64,000 bases of DNA, from positions 19,441-83,440 of the forward strand of contig CADAHU010000007.1 in the NCBI GenBank assembly GCA_902787835.1. The letters run 5' to 3'. The DNA comes from an uncultured Eubacteriales bacterium (GTDB lineage Bacteria; Bacillota; Clostridia; Christensenellales; Aristaeellaceae). Below, one piece after another: positions 60,182 through 64,000 of the stretch (within the stretch, counting starts at the first letter, position 1; every line of letters begins with the position of its first letter). Under the pieces are notes generated by a model, which did not search any database, was not told the DNA's origin, and saw only the letters and a list, made by a program, of their open reading frames with translations. The position numbers and the translations under genes are program-made.

Positions 60182-62698
60182 TTACTTGACCACGATATTG
60201 AGCAAACGGCCCGGGACGAAAATGAACTTGACGATCTGCTTGTCGCCCACGGCCTTGACCACATCGGGATGCTCCCGCAGGGTATCGGCCTGCTCGCGGG
60301 TGAGGCTGGCGGGCACCATGACGCGGCCGCGGATCTTGCCGTTGATCTGGATGGCGATCTCCACCTCGTCCTTGACCATGGCGGCCTCGTCGTATTCCGG
60401 CCAGGACTGGGTGTAGATGGGCGCGCCGAAGCCGTTCATCTCCCACAATTCCTCGGTGACGTGGGGCGCAACGGGGTTGAGCAGCAGCAGCAGGGTCTTG
60501 TATTCGCCCCGGGTGACGCTGCCCTTCTTGACCAGCTCGTTCACCAGCGTCATCATCTGGGCGATGGCGGTGTTGAACTTCAGCGTATCGTAATCCTCGG
60601 ATACCTTCTTGATGGTGGCGTGCACGCTGGCCTTCATATCATTGCTCAGGCCTTCGTCCTCGGTGAGGTTGGCCTGCAGACGCCATACGCGCTCGATGAA
60701 CTTGCGGCAGCCCGCCGCGCCGGTGGTGCTCCACGGGATGGCCTGATCAAAAGCGCCCATGAACATCTCGTACATGCGGAAGGCGTCCGCGCCGATCTCC
60801 GCCACCACGTCGTCCGGATTCACCACGTTGCCGCGGGATTTGGACATTTTTTCGATGATGGGCTTGCCGTTATCATCCAGCAGCAGGATGGGATTGCCGT
60901 TTTCATCCTTCTTGGGGCTGACCTGGCCGTTGGCGTCGCGCTCGGTCTCATAGGCGTAGGCCAGCACCATGCCATGGCTGGTGCGCTTCTTATAGGGCTC
61001 GGATACCGGGCTCACACCGATATCGTTGAGGAACTGGTTCCAGAACCGGCTGTACAGCAGATGCAGGGTGGTATGCTCCATGCCGCCGTTGTACCAGTCC
61101 ACGGGCATCCAGTATTCCAGCGCTTCCTTGGCGGCCAGGGCCATATCGTTCTTGGGATCGCAGTAGCGCAGGAAGTACCAGCTGCTGCCGGCCCACTGGG
61201 GCATGGTATCGGTTTCGCGCTTGGCGTCGCCGCCGCACTGGGGGCACTTGCAGTTGACCCAATCGGTGATCTTGCTGAGCGGGCTCTCGCCGGTCTCGGT
61301 GGGCTCGTAGTTCTTTACCTCGGGCAGCAGCAGGGGCAGGTCCTTTTCATCCAGGGCCACCATGCCGCACTTGGGGCAATGCACAATGGGAATGGGCTCG
61401 CCCCAATAGCGCTGACGGGCAAACACCCAGTCGCGCAGCTTGTAGTTGATCTTGCGCTCGCCGAAGCCGTGCTCCTGGGCATATTCCACGGCAGCCTTCT
61501 TGGCCTCCGCCACGCTCATGCCGTTCAGGAAGCCGCTGTTGACCAGGGTGCCGGTGGCCACGTCGCTGTAGCACTCCTCCTGCACGTTGCGGCCGCCCGC
61601 CACCACCTCGATGATGGGCAAACCAAACTTCTTGGCAAAATCCCAGTCGCGCTCGTCATGGGCGGGCACGGCCATGATGGCGCCGGTGCCGTAGGTCATC
61701 AGCACATAATCGCTGATCCAGATGGGGATTGACGTGCCCGTCATGGGGTTGATGGCGCGCAGGCCGTCGATCTCCACGCCGGTTTTATCCTTGTTGATCT
61801 CGGTGCGCTCAAAATCGCTCTTCCGGGCCGCGGCGGCGCGGTATTCCATCAGCGCGTCGTAATTTTTGATCTGATCCTTGTATTTTTCGATGTAGGGATG
61901 CTCGGGCGAAAGCACCATGTAGGTGGCGCCGAACAGCGTATCGATGCGGGTGGTGAACACGCGCAGCTTATCGCCGGTGCCCTCCAGGGCGAAATCCACC
62001 TCCGCGCCCTCGCTGCGGCCGATCCAGTTGCGCTGGCTGGTCTTGACGCGGTCGATGAAGTCCACCTCGTCCAGGCCGTCCAGCAGCTTCTGGGCGTAGG
62101 CGGTGATCTTCAGCATCCACTGGCTCTGCTGCTTATGCACCACGGGGCTGCCGCAGCGCTCGCAGACGCCCTCCACCACTTCCTCGTTGGCCAGCACGCA
62201 CTTGCAGCCGGTGCACCAGTTGACGGGCATCTCGCGCTTATAGGCCAGGCCGCGCTTGAACATCTGCAGGAAGATCCACTGGGTCCACTTGTAATATTTG
62301 GGATCGGTGGTATCCACCTCGCGGTCGTAATCGAAGGAGAAGCCCAGCATCTGCAGCTGCTGGCGGAAATGATCGATATTCTTTTTGGTGATCTCCGCCG
62401 GGTGCACGTGGTTTTTGATGGCGTAGTTCTCGGTGGGCAGGCCAAAGGCGTCCCAGCCGATGGGATGCAGCACATTATAGCCCTGCATGCGGCGCTTGCG
62501 GGCCACGATATCCAGGGCGGTATAGGGCCGGGGATGGCCCACGTGCAGGCCCGCGCCCGAGGGATAGGGGAACTCGATCAGGGTGTAATACTTGGGCTTG
62601 CTGTAATCGTTGGTGGCGGCAAAGGCCTTGTTGTCCGCCCATACCTTCTGCCACTTCTTTTCGATTTTCGCGGGGTCGTACATCGGAATCTCGCGCAT
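60182..62698 (-). CDS. leuS: leucine--tRNA ligase
   Basis: 838 aa, with [12 protein letters not shown] (HIGH) and KMSKSRGN (KMSKS). ATG is 5 nt after GGAGG. Confidence 0.97.
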   Translation of the reverse strand: MREIPMYDPAKIEKKWQKVWADNKAFAATNDYSKPKYYTLIEFPYPSGAGLHVGHPRPYTALDIVARKRRMQGYNVLHPIGWDAFGLPTENYAIKNHVHPAEITKKNIDHFRQQLQMLGFSFDYDREVDTTDPKYYKWTQWIFLQMFKRGLAYKREMPVNWCTGCKCVLANEEVVEGVCERCGSPVVHKQQSQWMLKITAYAQKLLDGLDEVDFIDRVKTSQRNWIGRSEGAEVDFALEGTGDKLRVFTTRIDTLFGATYMVLSPEHPYIEKYKDQIKNYDALMEYRAAAARKSDFERTEINKDKTGVEIDGLRAINPMTGTSIPIWISDYVLMTYGTGAIMAVPAHDERDWDFAKKFGLPIIEVVAGGRNVQEECYSDVATGTLVNSGFLNGMSVAEAKKAAVEYAQEHGFGERKINYKLRDWVFARQRYWGEPIPIVHCPKCGMVALDEKDLPLLLPEVKNYEPTETGESPLSKITDWVNCKCPQCGGDAKRETDTMPQWAGSSWYFLRYCDPKNDMALAAKEALEYWMPVDWYNGGMEHTTLHLLYSRFWNQFLNDIGVSPVSEPYKKRTSHGMVLAYAYETERDANGQVSPKKDENGNPILLLDDNGKPIIEKMSKSRGNVVNPDDVVAEIGADAFRMYEMFMGAFDQAIPWSTTGAAGCRKFIERVWRLQANLTEDEGLSNDMKASVHATIKKVSEDYDTLKFNTAIAQMMTLVNELVKKGSVTRGEYKTLLLLLNPVAPHVTEELWEMNGFGAPIYTQSWPEYDEAAMVKDEVEIAIQINGKIRGRVMVPASLTREQADTLREHPDVVKAVGDKQIVKFIFVPGRLLNIVVK

Positions 62699-62704
62699 GA
62701 TTGC

Positions 62705-62945
62705 CTCCTCAAAAATAAATACAGCCCTCCCGTCCTACAAAGACGAAACTGGCTGTTTCGCGGTACCACTTTGCTTGCGGCTTTCGCCGCCCCTCGTTTG
62801 CGCTGTAACGGGCGCGCCCGCGACGCCTGATGATTTCAGCATCGCAGCTCCGGAGCGAGCGGCCCGTCCCCTCCCTCCGCGCTTGCACCCCCGCGCGGCT
62901 CTCTGTACGGACAAAAACGGGCGTTCTCCTTCAAGGCCGAATATG
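62705..62945 (-). promoter_or_regulatory. T-box leader of leuS (Leu specifier CUC likely)
   Basis: Minus strand has AGAGAG bulge, distal loop GGGGGUGCAAG and T-box AAAGUGGUACCGCG (complement about 62759-62772). Candidate specifier CUC followed by G at 62857-62859. Terminator ACAGCC.../...GGCUGU at 62721-62756 plus a U-run. Confidence 0.85.
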
Positions 62946-62950
62946 ATGGT

Positions 62951-62978
62951 ATTATAGCCATAAATCACCGATTTGTAA
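62951..62978 (-). promoter_or_regulatory. promoter of the leuS T-box leader
   Basis: Minus strand has TTACAA (62973-62978), 16 nt, TATAAT (62951-62956). Confidence 0.6.
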
Positions 62979-63032
62979 AGCCTTTTGTATAAAAGATGGG
63001 CGGTAAAAGGAATCAAATTCCATCCTTATTCC

Positions 63033-63061
63033 TTTACTTCCCCGTTCATACATGCTATAAT
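63033..63061 (+). promoter_or_regulatory. promoter of the toxin-antitoxin operon
   Basis: TTTACT (63033-63038), 17 nt, TATAAT (63056-63061). Confidence 0.55.
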
Positions 63062-63112
63062 GATATCAGACCTCAAAAATTCTTTAGATTTAAAGAAAAG
63101 AAAGGAGATCCC

Positions 63113-63364
63113 ATGAATCTTGCCAAAGTATCCTCCAACGGCCAAATCACCGTTCCCGTGGAGATCCGGCGTCTGCTGGGGCTGAAATCCGGCGACAAAG
63201 TGCTTTTTTATCAAAAGCCCAATGGGGATATCGTGCTTTCCAACGCCTCCGCGCAGGCAATCGCAAAGGCGCAGAGCGCTTTCTCCGGAGCGGCCGCGGC
63301 GCTGGGTGTGTCCAATGAAGAAGATGTTCAGCGCCTGGTGGACGAAGTCCGCTACGGGAGATAA
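63113..63364 (+). CDS. AbrB/MazE/SpoVT-family antitoxin
   Basis: ATG 63113 follows AAAGGAG. MNLAKVSSNGQITVPVEIRRLLGLKSGDKVLFY is a SpoVT-AbrB swapped-hairpin domain. Confidence 0.85.
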   Translation: MNLAKVSSNGQITVPVEIRRLLGLKSGDKVLFYQKPNGDIVLSNASAQAIAKAQSAFSGAAAALGVSNEEDVQRLVDEVRYGR

Positions 63365-63370
63365 ACCTGC

Positions 63371-63769
63371 GTGCGTATTCTGATCGATACAAACATCCTG
63401 TTTTCCGCCCTGCTTTTTCCGCGCTCAAAACCGGCGCAGGCGCTCTTTCATGCCTCCGCCAACCATACGCCCGTGCTGTGCGATCAAAACATATCGGAGC
63501 TGCGCAGCATTCTGGAGCGCAAAGCGCCGCAATTGCTGCCCGATGCGGAATTATTCCTGGCGGAGTTCTCCTATGAAATGATTCCGGCCGTGCGGCACGC
63601 GGACAGGCTGATCCGCGACGCCACCGATCTGCCGATCCTGAATGCCGCCATCGTATACGATGTGGATATCATATTGACGGGCGACAAGGACTTTTTATCG
63701 CTGCGCCTTGAGCATCCCCGCTGCCTGACGGCCGCGGAATACCTGAAGGAACAAAGCGGCGGCATATAA
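63371..63769 (+). CDS. PIN-domain toxin (TIGR00305-like)
   Basis: GTG start 6 nt after the antitoxin stop. Acidic PIN residues sit in ILIDTNIL, DATDLPILN and TGDKDFL. Confidence 0.85.
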   Translation: MRILIDTNILFSALLFPRSKPAQALFHASANHTPVLCDQNISELRSILERKAPQLLPDAELFLAEFSYEMIPAVRHADRLIRDATDLPILNAAIVYDVDIILTGDKDFLSLRLEHPRCLTAAEYLKEQSGGI

Positions 63770-63781
63770 TCCCCTGCCATG

Positions 63782-63806
63782 GCGGATCCCCCGGATCCGC
63801 TTTTTT
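63782..63806 (+). terminator. intrinsic terminator of the TA operon
   Basis: GCGGATCC / GGATCCGC stem followed by TTTTTT. Confidence 0.8.
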
Positions 63807-63893
63807 ATGCTGTACTTTTTACCAATAATAAGCTATAATTTATAATTGGTGTTTTATGGACACCGATTCATGCACAAGGAGAGAAAAGCTACC

Positions 63894-64000
63894 ATGTCTC
63901 AGCAACTGTTTTTTATTCTGGCCGGCGTGATGTTCGGCATGGCCAACGTGATCCCCGGCGTATCGGGCGGCACCATGGCCGTGGTATTCGGCGTTTATGA
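63894..64000 (+). CDS. DUF368 family membrane protein, N-terminal part (runs off the right edge)
   Basis: My translation is MSQQLFFILAGVMFGMANVIPGVSGGTMAVVFGVY. The IPGVSGGT motif is the hallmark of DUF368. Confidence 0.75.
   Translation, partial: MSQQLFFILAGVMFGMANVIPGVSGGTMAVVFGVY

Noticed and set aside
1-64000. Prophage, integrative element, integron, IS or genomic island
   Set aside because: I recognised no integrase, transposase, recombinase, phage structural or conjugation gene. The AT-rich patches coincide with ordinary divergent promoter regions.

Overview
GC-rich chromosomal segment with strong G/C preference at third codon positions. It is most consistent with a high-GC member of the Clostridia, based on ireB-ruvX-DUF1292, remA, a PASTA kinase operon and PRC-barrel genes. 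I call about 65 protein genes. Many long antisense ORFs in the track are GC artefacts.

Layout:
- 0-24 kb: pepF, a DUF2461 gene, a phosphohexomutase, tkt and murC. Then a lysine-riboswitch-controlled amino-acid ABC importer, a membrane-anchored protein with four Ig-like domains, small accessory enzymes, ireB-ruvX-DUF1292, rpiB and fba.
- 24.7-32.9 kb: a small glycan-utilisation cluster. It holds a GH112 lacto-N-biose/galacto-N-biose phosphorylase, a GH115-like enzyme, an AraC regulator, a tandem mutarotase-like protein and a second glycosidase.
- 33.2-57.0 kb: every gene is on the minus strand. This includes the conserved block yicC-remA-gmk-rpoZ-coaBC-priA-def-fmt-rsmB-rlmN-stp-prkC-rsgA-rpe-rsmA. 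Further right on the same strand lie comEC-holA-rsmG-parB-like, a VTC/DUF4956 pair, two MBL hydrolases, a CPBP protease and an APH(3')-like kinase.
- 57-64 kb: a T-box-controlled COG2984-type ABC importer, T-box-controlled leuS, an AbrB/PIN toxin-antitoxin pair and the start of a DUF368 gene.

I recognised no rRNA, tRNA, CRISPR array, transposase, integrase or phage genes.

Most unusual observations:
1. A family of hairpin-mosaic intergenic repeats (three copies, about 370-475 bp, shared ~300 bp core). Each copy fills a convergent gene junction, and the stems change by compensatory substitutions between copies.
2. An orphan promoter-to-terminator unit of about 180 nt between fba and the GH112 gene, a candidate sRNA.
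3. Coding lesions in otherwise conserved genes: prkC is split at an A5G3 run, the DUF4956 gene has an internal deletion plus frameshift, and an ABC ATPase may lack a segment.
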